DNA from: Neoconidiobolus thromboides FSU 785 | Lineage: Eukaryota > Fungi > Entomophthoromycota | Assembly: GCA_025603075.1 (NCBI GenBank) | Contig: MU626273.1 | Span: 129,479-193,478 of the forward strand | Direction of reading: 5' to 3' | DNA: 64,000 bases | Shown: positions 47,332 through 61,176 of the stretch, one piece after another | Numbering within the stretch: the stretch's first letter is position 1 | Layout: every line of letters starts with the position of its first letter | Translations under genes and position numbers: made by a program | The notes under the pieces: model-generated | Told to the model about the DNA's origin: nothing | Seen by the model: the letters and a program-made list of their open reading frames with translations, nothing else | The model's database searches: none

Positions 47332-47402
47332 GTTGATGTAGTATAGTGGTAGTACACCGCGTTGTGGCCGCGATAGCGGGGGTTCGATTCCCCCCATTGA
47401 CA
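47332..47402 (+). tRNA. tRNA-His: tRNA-His (GTG), copy 2
   Basis: Identical to copy 1 except acceptor 5' strand GTTGATG (two G-U pairs). Confidence 0.92.
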
Positions 47403-47899
47403 TGTATAATATATGAATATTCCATTTTTATATTGATTGAATTTGAATATTATACACTATTAAACAGCGCTACTCTTAGGAAAAGATGTAAGATATTTTT
47501 AAACTTTCAGATACAATAAAATACTATAATAGCTAATTTCAATTTTATTACTTCAAACATAAAATTTGGTATTTTATAATAATTTATTGCTTATTCAAAC
47601 TGGAATGTGCTATTACTAGAAGTTATAGTCACTTTCAGGGATTAGGTTTTGGTGGCAATTCTAAAAATGGCAGTTAATAAGAATCATTGAGTTGCACTGA
47701 TACTTTTTTGTAGTTGGTCTTTTTGCTTAAACGAATTATATCACTCAACTTAATTTTAATCAACCAATTAAAATAGCATAAGCTGATAAAGCAAAACTTA
47801 AGCAAGTTTATGTCAAACACAGTCAGTAAGCTTTTGTAATTTAATATTTTAAAATAAAATTCGAACGCTTTATATCTCATTTATCAAATATAACAATTA

Positions 47900-50800
47900 A
47901 TGACCACAGAAGAAGAAAAGAAAGCGTTCTATATCAACCATCAAAAAGTTTCCTTGGATATTGATTTTGCTTCAAAAGCTATATTGGTATGCTTTTTTAA
48001 AATGATTAAAAATCGAAAAGATTTATAAATTTCAATTCTTTAGGCAACAACAGAATTACAAATTTATTTTAATTCGGCTCAACTACCATACATAAGATTA
48101 CATTCTAAAATTGTTGGTTAGTATATAACATTTATACAGTATTATAAATTAATTAATAAAATTAGATATCAATCAAATATTTATAAATAATGTTGAATGT
48201 CGATTTGAAATTTTTGATCCAAGTGTAGAAACATGTCAAATTTATTCAAAAAGCAATTACAGAGATCCGGAAGTATTTCAAAAGTTATTCAATTCGACAA
48301 AAGATATATCAAATTTAGGTGAATTAGCTATTGAAATACCCTCTTCGATTGATTTGCAAAATGTAACTTATTCTAAAATTCAAAATTTAAATATTCATAC
48401 TTTTTAGCATTTATCACCAGATATTGTGAATAAGGATGAAGAAAATTGTATTATTTTATTTATTATTTAGAAAAATTGTTAATCTTATTTAAAAGCTAAT
48501 GCACCACCTACTGCTCGAACTGCACCAGCATTCTTAAGAATTGATTATATAATAAGGAACCCTCAATCAGGTGTTGTCTTTTCATCAAATAGCAGAGTTA
48601 ATGAAAATGACGTAAGCACAGTTAAATAAAAAGATGATTTAATAATTGTTTTAGGTATCTTCATATTTATACACTTTGAATCAACTTGGAGCTGGAGATG
48701 CTCGTTACTGGGTACCAACTCTAGATGAGCAAGGGCAAAGATTTACATGGGAACTTGATTTTGTAGTAACAAAAAGAAACTTAAAAACAAATAGTGATAT
48801 TTCAGTAGTTGCATCAGGAGTTCAAGTTACACAAGTAAAGCATTTTATTTTCTAAAATGATTCGACTAAATATTTTAGAATAAACAACTTCAAGATGATA
48901 CTGTTTTAAATCAGTATTTTGTTGCTTTTCCTTGCCCTGCATATTTAGTTTCATTTTCTATTGGACGTTTTGATTCATTATTAATAACGGAACTCGATTG
49001 TGATGAAAACGAACAAGAAGTGAATAATAATGCTTATGGGAATAATGGAAAACAGGTAATAGCCTATTCCCCAATTGGTTGGAAAGAAGAATTAAGGCAT
49101 ACCACACAAACAGTTGAAAAGGTAAAAGATTTGTTTTTTTGTCAATAATTTTGTTAAACAAATGATAAGACATTGGATTATTATATGACAGAGTTTGGTC
49201 CTTACCCGCTCGATTCTTTAAAAATAGTATTTCTTCAAACTTCAAATATACCAATGATTGTTGGTGCAGAAGTCATCATCATTAGTTTAGAATTCCTTCA
49301 TTCAGATGAAATCATCGATCAGACTTTTGAAACGCGTAGAATCATTGCTTTGGCCCTTGCTAGTCAATATTTTGGCGCGAATATAGTTCCTAAAGACCCA
49401 ACTGATATTTGGATTATTTTAGGTTTTAGTGGTTTTATGACATCTCTGTTTTTAAAATCCCATTTTGGCTATAATGAATATCGATATAGGATGAAACAGG
49501 ATATGATTAAGATTTCTCAACTCGATGTCAATCGACCTCCTTTATATAATGAAAAGTTAGCATACCCTTATGATTTAGAAGATATAAGTTTTATTCGACT
49601 TAAAGGAACTTTTGTGCTATATATGCTAGATAAACAGATGTTGAAAGGAGCAGCTGCATATGGTCTTCATAGGTTAATCCCAAAAATATTGATGTCTGCT
49701 ATGGTTGGCGAACTTGGACCTGGCAATTTAGTTAGCACTTACTGGTTTCTAAAAACATGTAGAAAGGTAAGTGGCGTAACTATTCGAAGTTTTGCAGATC
49801 AATGGATTTATTCCAGTGGTTGTCCAATATTTTCATTCAAGTATCAATTTAATCGTAAAAAAATGGTTGTTGAAATTGAATTTGAGCAAACAACTACCAA
49901 TGCAGCTTTAAGTTTAAACGAAGAACAAGAAGGATTAATCAAACCAGCAAAGTTTTTTACTGGTAATTTAACAGCTTGTATTCAAGAACCAGATGGTACA
50001 CCTTATGAGCATATTCTTGAAATTCATGAAAACTCATCTCATTTTGAAGTACAATTCAACACCAAATATAAAAGAATTAGAAGAACGACCAAAAGATTTC
50101 AAAAGCGTAAAGCTGAAGCAGCTGCAGCAGAAGCTATAGTTAAAGATCAGTTAGATGGTGATAATCCAGAAGATGATGTGCTATTTTTAACCGAAGATGG
50201 TAATGAGGGAGAGAAGGAAGCTTGGAGAATTATTGAATGGGGTGAAGCTGATAAGGAAAGTAATGAATCTGCTACTTTTGAATGGATCCGCCTTGATTCT
50301 GATTTTGAATGGATTTGTATTGTAAATTTGGAACAGCCAGATTATATGTGGGCTGGACAATTAGAAAAGGATCGAGATGTTGTTTCACAATACGAAGCTG
50401 TTGTAGCATTAAGAAGATTCCCATCATTAGCAACATCTACTACATTATTAAGAACCATTATGAATAATCAATGTTTCTATAGGATTCGTGCTGATGCAGC
50501 TTTGTCTCTTGTTTATTGTTCTTTAGAGAGGCTTGAATATATTGGAAGGGATCATTTACTAAGAATTTATCATAAAAGGTTTTGCATTGATACTTTAAAA
50601 GATGAAAAGAACCCAGAATTGTTTTTACCTAAACCCAATGATTTTGCCTCGTTTACTGAATATTTTGTACAAAAAGCTTTGATCACTGGTTTGTCCCTTT
50701 TAGATGAGCCTAAATCGCAATCTTTTTCTAAAAAGCTTATTTTAAACCTTTTGAAAAACAATGATAATTCTAGTAATCCATATTCTGACTCATATTATGT

Positions 50801-53800
50801 TTCAACCTTAATAGCTTCAATTGGTAATGTGCTTATTAATCAACCACCTTCTAATGAAGAGGAATTTGATCAATCTGCTGATAACACCCTCAACAATGCC
50901 TTAATTTATGAGCTTACTCGATTTAGTAGTATGGATCACTTGATTCCATCGTATCATAACATTGTGACTGTAAGTTGTTTACAAGTTCATACTAAGCTAA
51001 TTGTTGCTCGTATCTTACCGTCAGATGTCAAGATTTTCTTAAGACATTCGCGCTATGGTAATTTCCTACACGTTCGAATGGCTGCCTTTGATGGGCTTTT
51101 GGTTTCAGGTGGTTTGATGATTGAGGCAGTAAGAGAATACATATTTAATTCGATAGAACATGATCCAGAGCCATTTATAAGGTACTATGTTGTGTCAAAT
51201 ATGGCCAAGGCAATCGCTCTGTATCAACGTAAGCTAGAGCGAACTATTATTAAAGATGATGATGACCCATTGAATTTTAGCTCATATTATGAAGTTACGC
51301 CATTACAATATTCTAATGATAAATGGGTTGAGTTTAAAAAAGACAAATTCTGTAAAGAATGTATTTGGAGGATGTTGTTAAATAGTTTTATTGACCCAAA
51401 GATAAGAAACACATTGTTTATTATATGCAAATTAATTTATCCATCGAGTGATCCTATAAATATTGACTATTCTATGTTTAAGGCAAAGATTTACAATCCA
51501 TTATTGCTTAAATATCGAGATGAAGATGTAAGCAAAGAAGTTGAAACGAGCATTACTAGAGAGGATTCAATTGGTCTTAAAATACGTTTGAATAGAAATA
51601 AACCTATCAAAGAAGAGCCCAAAGTACATACTAAACATGAATTTACAGACCATTCGGATGCCATGGCAAGATCACCTTCTCCTATTGATGTGCTCGGTTC
51701 CTATGATTTGAAACCAGCAATAAAATCTCCAATTCATGAATCACCATTTACCCTTAAAAGCAAACAAGAATCACCAAGCGAACAAGAGCCTGATTATTTA
51801 TCAATTGTTTCACCAACTTTTGATATTGAAAATGATGATAAATTTAACATTTCGATTGAAGAACGTAGGCCTAAAGTTTCAATTGAAGAGCGTAAGCCTA
51901 AAATCCCAATCCAAGGACGTAAAACCCATATTTCAGTTCAAGAACGTAAGCCTAAAACTCCAATTCAAGAACGTAAACCTAATATTGAGGAAACAAGCAA
52001 CAAACACTTGAATAGGAATGTAATTAAACCTTCAAGAATCCCTAATAAAGAAGAGGTTCCATTTAAAAACCCAGCTATACCACATAAACTCGAAGCTACT
52101 CTTGGTAAGTATAGAGGTGAAAGCTCAATTTTAAAGCAAAATGGTGGATATAAGCCGTATGAAGTTGAATCAAAACAGAACATTCCAGAATCTAGCCTTA
52201 TTAAAAAGAGTAATTTTATTGCTAGGGACGAACATGACAAGGTTGACGTTGTTGGAAATATAGAAACAAATACAAATCACATCCAAAGGCAACAATTCAA
52301 TGAGAGTGGTGAATCTAAAGTACATACCAGGTTATCATCAAAGGTTAAAGATCCGGATACCCATCTTAAAGTGCCCAAACATCGTAGCTCATTGAATGAG
52401 CCATCAAACTATACAAATAAACCATCTATCAGCAAAACTGATAATAAAATATGTAAGAGCGTGATAAATACGCTATTCCAACAATCTTCCGTAAATGTAT
52501 TGAAGAATTTTACTGCTGAGTTAATAAAAGATGACTCAAATCCCAGCGCAGTAACAAAAATCAGTTTAAGGAAAATTAGAGATAAAGTGGAAAACTGTCG
52601 TTATCCCACCATTGATGCATTCCGCAAAGATGTTAATTTCTTATTCAAATCTGCTTTATCGAGTGGTAGATTTGAGAATGAAGAGATGCAAGAGGTTGAG
52701 GAATTGAAGAGGCTTTATGTAAAGGAATACAAAAGGTTGACAAACCCTAGCCCGCTTCCACCATCTACCCCACAAATCAAAGTTGATTTGGAGCAAAAAT
52801 CAGGGCGTGCTTCGCATAAGGACCCTGTTGCTAACCCATTCTACCGCAGCAAATCTTATGAGTCAGTTAAGGTCATCCTTAGAGCCATTATGGGCATGTC
52901 ACAAGCAGAGCCATATCTATATTGTAGTGTAACACCATTTAAAGAGGCAATAAATCCAGGGAAGGCTTTATTCTCCATGGATCTAAACAAGATAAGAGTG
53001 GAATTAAAGACAGGAAGCTATCAATCTTCATCTGCTATATTTAAAGATTTGATGTCTCTTTTCTCGAACGGCTTAAAGATGGTTGCCCCTTCATCAATTA
53101 CATACAAAAGAACTAAAGAAGTCATATCTTTTCTTAAAGAAGAATGGAAGAGAGAGTTTCCAGATGATATGATTGAAGTTAGCAATGAAGAGAATAAACA
53201 TCAACCCCCAACTATTGCTGCTATAAAAATTGAAAAAGAAAGAGAGACCCTACCAGTAATCAAAGATCGCCATAAAGAAAAAGAGTTTAATATCAAAATG
53301 TTATATCAGTTTGGCATTCGGTTGGTTACTAAATTAGAATTGCATCCGTCCTCTCCTCAGTTCCGCTTACCTGTTGATCCAGTTGCACTTGGAATTCCTA
53401 CTTATCTCGATGAAATTAAGGAACCCATGGACCTTCGTCATATTCGTACCACACTAGAGGCCAAGAATTACAAGAGTTTTTCAAAACTAGATTATGACAT
53501 TAAGTTGTTGTACCGTAACGCACAGCACTTTAATCAGCCAAATACATGGGTTTATGATGAAGCAACTCGATTTGAAAAGTATTATAACTCATTGATAGCA
53601 AACTTTAATGGTACTTTTGAAATGGGACAGCATGATATATTGGAAAATATCTTGGATCGTGTGAAAACTCATTCTTGCTCAGAGATATTTTCATCGTCTG
53701 TTGAATTTAAAGATAAAATGAAAGAGGAGTTGGATTTGAAAATCATTTCATCAAAGATCAAGAAAAAATATTATACCCATTTTGGGGAGTTCGAAAATGA

Positions 53801-54888
53801 CTTCATTGAAATGCTTCACGTTGCATTTAGTTATTATGACGAAAGTGATCCTAAGTTTCAACATGCTCTTAAGTTTGAAAAATACTTAGTAAAACACTTC
53901 ACGCGCCATTTCCCAGACATCCCTCTCCGTATTGGAAATGTTAGTAAAAAGAAGCGATTGATTTTTATGGACCCATCTATTTCAACTTTATGTGAGAAAC
54001 TTGTTAAAAAATTGATGAGCAATCCGGCAGCAGATGCCTTTTTGAAGCCAGTAATATCTATTTAATATATGGAATTGTAGTACTAATGACTTTATTTAGG
54101 TTGATTGTAAAGCAATCCCACTTTATCCATTGATGATCCGTCAACCCATGGATCTTAGCACTATTAAAAAGAAAATCAGTGCTAAAGAGTACAAACTAAT
54201 CAAAGACTTTGAAAGCGATGTAAAGTTAATCTTTACGAATTGCTATAATTTCAATGGACCAGAAAGTTATTATTCAGAAGAAGCTAAAAAATTGGAAACT
54301 GTATTTAATAAAGAATGGGTTGTTATTGTTAATAATGCTAAGAGAAGCAAACAAGATCTCAGTAGTAGCCATCCATCTACAAATCAAAGACCATCAGTTA
54401 CAATCCTAAATGAGGCCACTACTGGACTTTCTAGACAACATATTGACTCATTAAATTCAGCATTAGAGGATTTAAAAAAACACAAGCATTTTTATATTTT
54501 TTCACGACCTGTAGATCCCAAAGCGGACGGCGCGCCAACCTATTTTGATGTCATTAAAAACCCTATGGATTTTGGAACTATTCGTCAAAACATTAAAAAA
54601 AACAAGTATACATCCTTGAAGCCAGTACTTTATGATGCCGAATTAGTTTTCAAGAACTGTTTTGCTTTTAATCATCCAAGGGATCCAGTCTATGGCATAG
54701 GAGAAGATGTACAAAAAACATGGCACCGCATTTTACAAAAATATAAGTTGGGTGCCATTGATAAAGAAGAGGTAATAAATCTAGTCTATGTATTAAGATA
54801 AGTATTTATTTTTTAGGGTAATTCTCCTAGGAAAAGGGAAGCTTTAGATGTGGGATCACCTAAACATAAGGTGAGAAGAAGTAGATAG
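47900..54888 (+). CDS. TAF2: TFIID subunit 2 (M1-aminopeptidase-like fold) with C-terminal array of six bromodomain-like units, multi-exon
   Basis: HQKVSLDIDF start, LALASQYFG, FADQWIY, FNRKKMVVE, EPDGTPYEH, FEWIRLDSDFEWIC, QLEKDRDVVSQYEA; bromodomains PVDP..PTY...IKEPMDL etc.; last exon ends TAG at 54888. Confidence 0.93.
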
Positions 54889-56637
54889 GTGAAGATGAGG
54901 GTTGCCTTATTAAAATATAAAATACTACTACTTAAAATTATAGACTGAAACTTATTGGGTTTCAAGTTGATATCTTTTATCTATTTAAACAAAATTACAA
55001 CTGTATGTAAAAATGAGTCGGTATTAACAATTGAATTTTATATTTGGATTTTTTTAATTATTAAAAATAATATTATGGATTAACAGTCATAGCTTTTTTA
55101 GATTATTATAAAATTTAATAATTTTGTGTCTACTGGTAAATTACTGTATAAAAACTGTATGGTACTTTTTGAAAAAACCTTGAAAGAGTTGTGAAAGTTG
55201 CAGGTAGTTATTATAAGCAATCAAATTTAAGATTATGGAAAGGAGAACAATAATCATTAGATAAGAGTTTATCTATTATTCCTATTCTGAGTAGTCATTT
55301 CCTAGTTCATGCGGGGCCATTAACCTACACAATCTTACATCCTATGAAAATAAAGACTGCAGTAGTCCTTATGCTGTTACCCGAAAATTAAGTTTTATAT
55401 GAGCCCAATAAAATAGCTAAATATCTGACGAACAAAAGTTTGTAACGAAAGATATAAAGGAGGCTTATAAAGCTAATTTGAAGTCTGTAATCAATTTAAT
55501 AAGCTTATAGGGATCTGGTAGAGCAGTAGATACATTAAGATACCAAAAAGACTTAAAATAGAATTTATAAAATAATATTTAAACATAAGAAAAATAAATT
55601 AAACTGCCAAGCTTTAAACTGTAATTATTTTATGGAAGCCTTAAAAATGAATAAATTTATAAGTTTTATGTCACTTTTTTAATTGTAACAGCTGTAATAA
55701 AGATAAACCAAAACTGTATAAGTAATCTCAACTTGCTTGTAAAATGCCATATTTGATAAAGCTACTAACATTTAAATTATATATAGTTATTCAAGAAGAG
55801 CTAGATCTAGTTACTGCAACCTCATAATTGTAGTATGCCAGCCAATCAGAAAGCAAAAAAATTAATATCTAACAGCTTTAATTTGCTTTAGTTCAACAAA
55901 TAAAGTCTTTCTTTCTGTGCACTTATACGTCAACAAATCAATATTTATTTTTTTGTGTAACCCAATCATTATCAAAACAGGACCATATTATTGGGCGAAA
56001 CGACTTTATTCTAACCTTGATTGGTAACTATTTAGACATCCTTATTTTTTTAAATGGAACTTGGAAATTAAGAGTTCTTACAATAATGTTTTTTCATGCT
56101 ATAATGTTTATCTTTTTTGAGCTCATTGTCTTTATTTATAAAATGTCCAACCCTTCAAAAAACATCATTTAAAAGCTTAAATACTACTTTAAACAATATT
56201 CAATTATCAATTTTTGTTAAAGTATTATTGCAAATAAAAGTATAGTGTATAAAAGCCTTTTGATAAAATGATTTTATTATTTGTAAAATAACAAGGTAAG
56301 CTCTATATCAAAATTTAACTATGTACAATGCTTCTAATAAAAAAATTAAATGATTTTTATAAACTTTCAATTTGATATTTTTAATCACTTTTAAATTTGC
56401 TATTTAAGTACGATAAAATAGAGATGAAAACAAATTCAAATAATAATAACCGTTATCTTGGATTTTCAACTTTTAAAAAAATTTAGACTATTAAAACGGA
56501 TTATCATTTTTGATAAGATATTGGTATTTCCTTATCAATTGTCATTGTAATTGTATAGTCAACTTAAGATAATGATATGTTAAAGAGCCTGAAAAGTGGA
56601 AGTAAAGGTGGTGTAATGTTAGATTAGGAATGGAAAT

Positions 56638-56728
56638 GGGGATGTTTTTTTAATTTTATCATTTTTCCATTTTTCAAGTGTTATGAGCAGAAAGGTCGTT
56701 AATAAAATTCTCAAAAAAATACATCCCC
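56638..56728 (+). mobile_element. MITE family 1, copy n
   Basis: GGGGATGT...ACATCCCC; TSD AAAT/AAAT. Confidence 0.87.
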
Positions 56729-57676
56729 AAATAGTAGAAACTAATGTTAATAATAAATTAATGGACAAAAAGTATAGATTTATTAAAACAAAACTCAATC
56801 ACATAAAATACAAAAGTACCTCATTATTATTGTTCCAAATTAATAGTGTATTTTTTTAAATATTTTTACTTTTATCATTATGAGGCTTTAGCAAGCACCA
56901 TCTCTTTAGATTCAATAAATTATTTTTTGGGTAAAAGAATTTCAATGCACTAAAATGCCACTCAAAATTAACTTGGCAGATTTGTTACAAAAATATCCAT
57001 AGATTAAATTTGGAAAGGTGATATATAAAATTATGTTATTCTTAAGTCATTAATTAAACTGATATTTTAAAATGATTTTAAAAATCTCGATTATATTAAA
57101 AAAATATATTTCTTAGAATATTCTAGCTCCCCTTTACTTCTTTTATTTGATAAACTTAACTATATATCTTTTATATCTTTTATAACTTTTATTAATAATT
57201 CAAAAGCAAATAGAAATTAGCTCTATTTACATTACTTAGTAAATTACATTCTATCAATTAGTTGAAGTTTTTGTAACACAATATACATATTTACTATGTA
57301 ATGGTAAAAAGATTCATTAATAGACAAAGGTATATAGATATGAATTAAGGAATAAAGTACCACAATACAGTATTTGTATATCTCAAACATAATTTATCGT
57401 CTAACTTATTAGATAAGAGGTATGACATATAATTGTAAAACTTAATTCCATAATTTATATACACACAAGGATAATTCACAATTAATATTCATTTAATAAC
57501 ATTGCTATCTTATTAAATATTTTCCAAAACCCCAAAGATTAAAAACTGTTCTTATTAGAAAAAGGTTTGGTAATAGTTCAAACAATTCGAAAAGTTAGAA
57601 ATACATTTATATTCTTATCTGGTATTAATCTAAAACTTTGATATTATGAAGAGTACTTACAAACTTGGAATCATAT

Positions 57677-57775
57677 GGGAATATATTTTTATATTTAAGA
57701 ATTTTGGTAACAATTTTTCCGCTTATATAGTGCTTAAAAAATGAAAAAAATAATGAAGTCAAAAAAACCATTCCC
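57677..57775 (-). mobile_element. MITE family 1, copy o
   Basis: GGGAATAT...CATTCCC; TSD ATAT/ATAT. Confidence 0.87.
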
Positions 57776-58861
57776 ATATATTTATGCTATATTTCGTAAA
57801 GACTGTATCAATTTTTACATCAAATTCAAGCTGATTTGGTTTATGAAACAAAAATTTAAAAAACTATCATATTGCGTATAATGATATTTATGTATTTTTT
57901 TATGTATACCGATGATAGCCTTATGTATAAGTCAAATATAACGTTATAATCCTCATTAATTTAGATATTGATACTTCGAGGTTTAAAGAAACCTTAGCTC
58001 AAGCTATATGTAGCATTCAATGATCACAAAAATTTAATAAATTTATATTAAATAGCTTTGTAAATCATTAAAGAAATACTTTCGTGTTTTAAGGGATATT
58101 TTAAGCTAGAATGAATGAATGGTTTTGGGATTCTAAAGCTTTGAAATCAAACTAAATTTAGCTTTGAAAACACCATTTTACTATAAAAATAAAAATAAGT
58201 GGACTATATAAGCGTATTAATAAATATCTCCATTAAAATATTCATTTTATAATATGGAGTGTTTAAATATAATATTTATTTTCAATAGTAACTTTTGCAA
58301 AGTAAATATTACAAAATATAATGTATCTCATAAATTTTCTATTAAAACCACTTTTAATACCATTTTTATTTTGAATGTAATTTCATTTCTGTTTGATGAA
58401 ATCGCTTTTTAAAAAATACCTGTTTATCTGTTAGAAGGTTCTCAAAAAAAGATAATACCTATTTATAACCTTCAAAGATTTACAAGAAATATAATACCTG
58501 TTTATTATTGATATCATTATTGTTCAAACATTGATCGCTTATATTAAAATCAGAACTATTTCTATATAATGACTGAAGCATTGTCACACTGATTTATATT
58601 TATGGGTAAAGTGTAATGTTTTTAAAATAATACTACATGATTAAACTCGCTTTGATTTGATTTTATAATATTATTTTAGGATAAGTCAAAACAGAAGCAA
58701 AATTAGAGCTCTTAATCTTCATATTACAAGTAATAGCCTAATTTTTTATTTTTATTAAACTTTTTGGCCTTAAGGTATAAAGATATAAAATTAAAGTGAA
58801 TTCTGGCTCAATTTTTATAAAATTTTAAATTAAATGGATTAATTTTATTGTAATAAAAATT

Positions 58862-60041
58862 TTAAAGATATTGCTCGATGCTCATAACAGATGTACGCTT
58901 GATAGGTATACTGTTACTTGAGTCAACATTATTATAACTGGAGCCGATGGAAGAAGGAAAAATATTATTTTCAATACTGCTATCTATTTTTGTTTGAGAC
59001 CTTCTTTTTGATTTAAGGTATTGTTTTGCGTTGTAATAAAGCTCAATGATTGCTTTTTGAATATTAATATCCAACAAAAAGGTGAGAAAATTAATGAATC
59101 CTTTAGTGGTAATACCAATCATGCCCCAAATCAAGATTGGAAGTAAATTTGGCTTACCACTAATTGACTGATAAAGATAACCAACAATGAACCCTGATAG
59201 TCCGAATAAAGCAGCTAATGGGTACAACGAACTACAGAAACGTTAAAATATAATTTATAAGGGCTAAATTAATTTACATCTTAAGAATCGTTCTTTTTAA
59301 CCCATGTAGTAAATCTTTACGTGACCCCAGTGCTGCAGTCTCAGCGTAATGGGACATTGAAAGAATGATTTTTTTATCATTCCTAAGTTTAGTAATAACA
59401 AGAGTGGATATAATAGCCAAATAAATAAAGGCAACAAGGTAAACAACTGAAGTGTTCAACAAAGTCAACAGCTTTGAGCCAGGGATAGTATCGTCCATAT
59501 AGCACAATTTATTAGTTGCCAAACCATACATATTTAGCCCTAAAAGTTATTAAGTAATAAAAGAGAAGTGACTAAAAAGCATACCTAATGGAATAAAACT
59601 TAGAATAGAAGAGGCTACAAGTGGACCAACCCAATATATCACTTCCCATTTTCTGGTAGGTTTCAAACCGTGAATGAAAAAGAGCTGTAAATTTAAAGCA
59701 ATGGACATGTTTAAAAAGCAATATATTTGCTCTCCAAAGTTTCTCCAAAACCCAAGGAAGATACAAAAGGGCCCTGATTTTACAGTATGGTGGTGTAAAG
59801 CAAATACTGCGTTTAAAAAATCGAATAAAGATATACCAACTTGTAATCTCAAGGTTACTCGATTTACTAATCTAGGTTCATAGCACACTATATGAAATTA
59901 ATAGATGCAAATATAGGTGATAATTAACTTACTGATTGTAGAAAATATCAGCAATACTAATGCTGAAGATACACAACTCATATAATTGAATATGTTTGAG
60001 ATCCCAGGTAGCATTGCCATAATCTCTTTTTCGGTAGCCAT
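58862..60041 (-). CDS. 7TM receptor A (cAMP-receptor-like/Git3-type GPCR fold), four exons
   Basis: Spliced MATEKEIMAML...LVNRVTLRLQVGISLFD...C..LGFW...YG.....CY...YPLAALFG...GITTKGFINF; seven hydrophobic segments. Confidence 0.8.
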
Positions 60042-61176
60042 TTTTTCAAAATTAGGACTATTGATGATTTTTAGTTAAAAAAGTGATTATCAATTAATTC
60101 CTAAATTCTCATACATATTTATATATACATTTTAGATTTTTAATTGCTCTCTCATTCTTCAACTGACTTAATATTGAAATGATGATAAGCATAACCTGAA
60201 ATTTGTATTATAGATAGACTAAATTTTAATAGTAACAAAACTTAGTTTAATTGGATAAATATCTTTTTAATAATTAATGTTTCATACATTTAATTGTGAC
60301 CACTAACATGTTTTTATCCAAAATTAAACTGTAAATAGTTCTATAAAAAATGAATATTTTAGGCAATTGAAGTGCAAAATTCCTGATTTTTACAGAGAAT
60401 AGAAACAGGTTTTCAGAGTTGATAGATCCATCATTATAAATAACAATTGAACCTGTTTATGAAGGGTTTAATTACAGTCTAAAAATAAAGTGGTATAAAG
60501 GAAATTTATTTAGAACTTACTTTTATCGGATACTATTATAACTTTTAAGATTTTGTTTTTGTGAAATCTAACATTGTACCAAATTGACATTAAAAATAGC
60601 ATTGTACTAAATGGGGCTATCTACTTTAATAGTCATAATCCGGATAAAAAAAACAGACACAAATAAAAGCAGTTGAACCCACAATAAATGCGTCCTTTTT
60701 ATTCTGCACCTACTATTTTTTAATAAAAGTTTTTTATAAACTATGCATGCTTCTTTTTTGTTTAAAACCATGCTATCATAATTTTAGAAGCTTGGTATCT
60801 TAAATTTAGTACAATCACTATTTATTCGATTTATTTTTCTAATCTGGAAAGTAAAACTAAAATCTTGAAGTTAAATTAAATCACTAAACTAAGATTAATG
60901 CTTTAATTGGTCGGCTAGCCTAGGCATATATTCTTAAATGCCACCTAAAATGAAATATTTGAAGGATATTCAGGGATAGAACATTAATTAGAATGGTAAA
61001 GGAACTTTATAAATTTTTTGTGTCACAGTCTAAATATTGAATCTAAATAAATCTTAAGAATAAGTAACTTATTTTAAAAAAAATAAAACATTTGACTTAC
61101 TTAAATAGTATTTGTGATTTATCTTACAATATATAAACTAAATTGTTGTTATCATTTTTTTAACTTCTCATTCAAA

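Noticed and set aside
47674-49254. Minus-strand ORFs 47674..47880 and 48958..49254, and other short antisense ORFs inside TAF2, HK, MGM1 and receptor genes
   Set aside because: Antisense shadows of real genes or AT-rich noise.
55190-55560. Coding-like remnant; FSGNSIRTTA resembles a tyrosine-recombinase box
   Set aside because: Catalytic His absent and frames broken; insufficient evidence.
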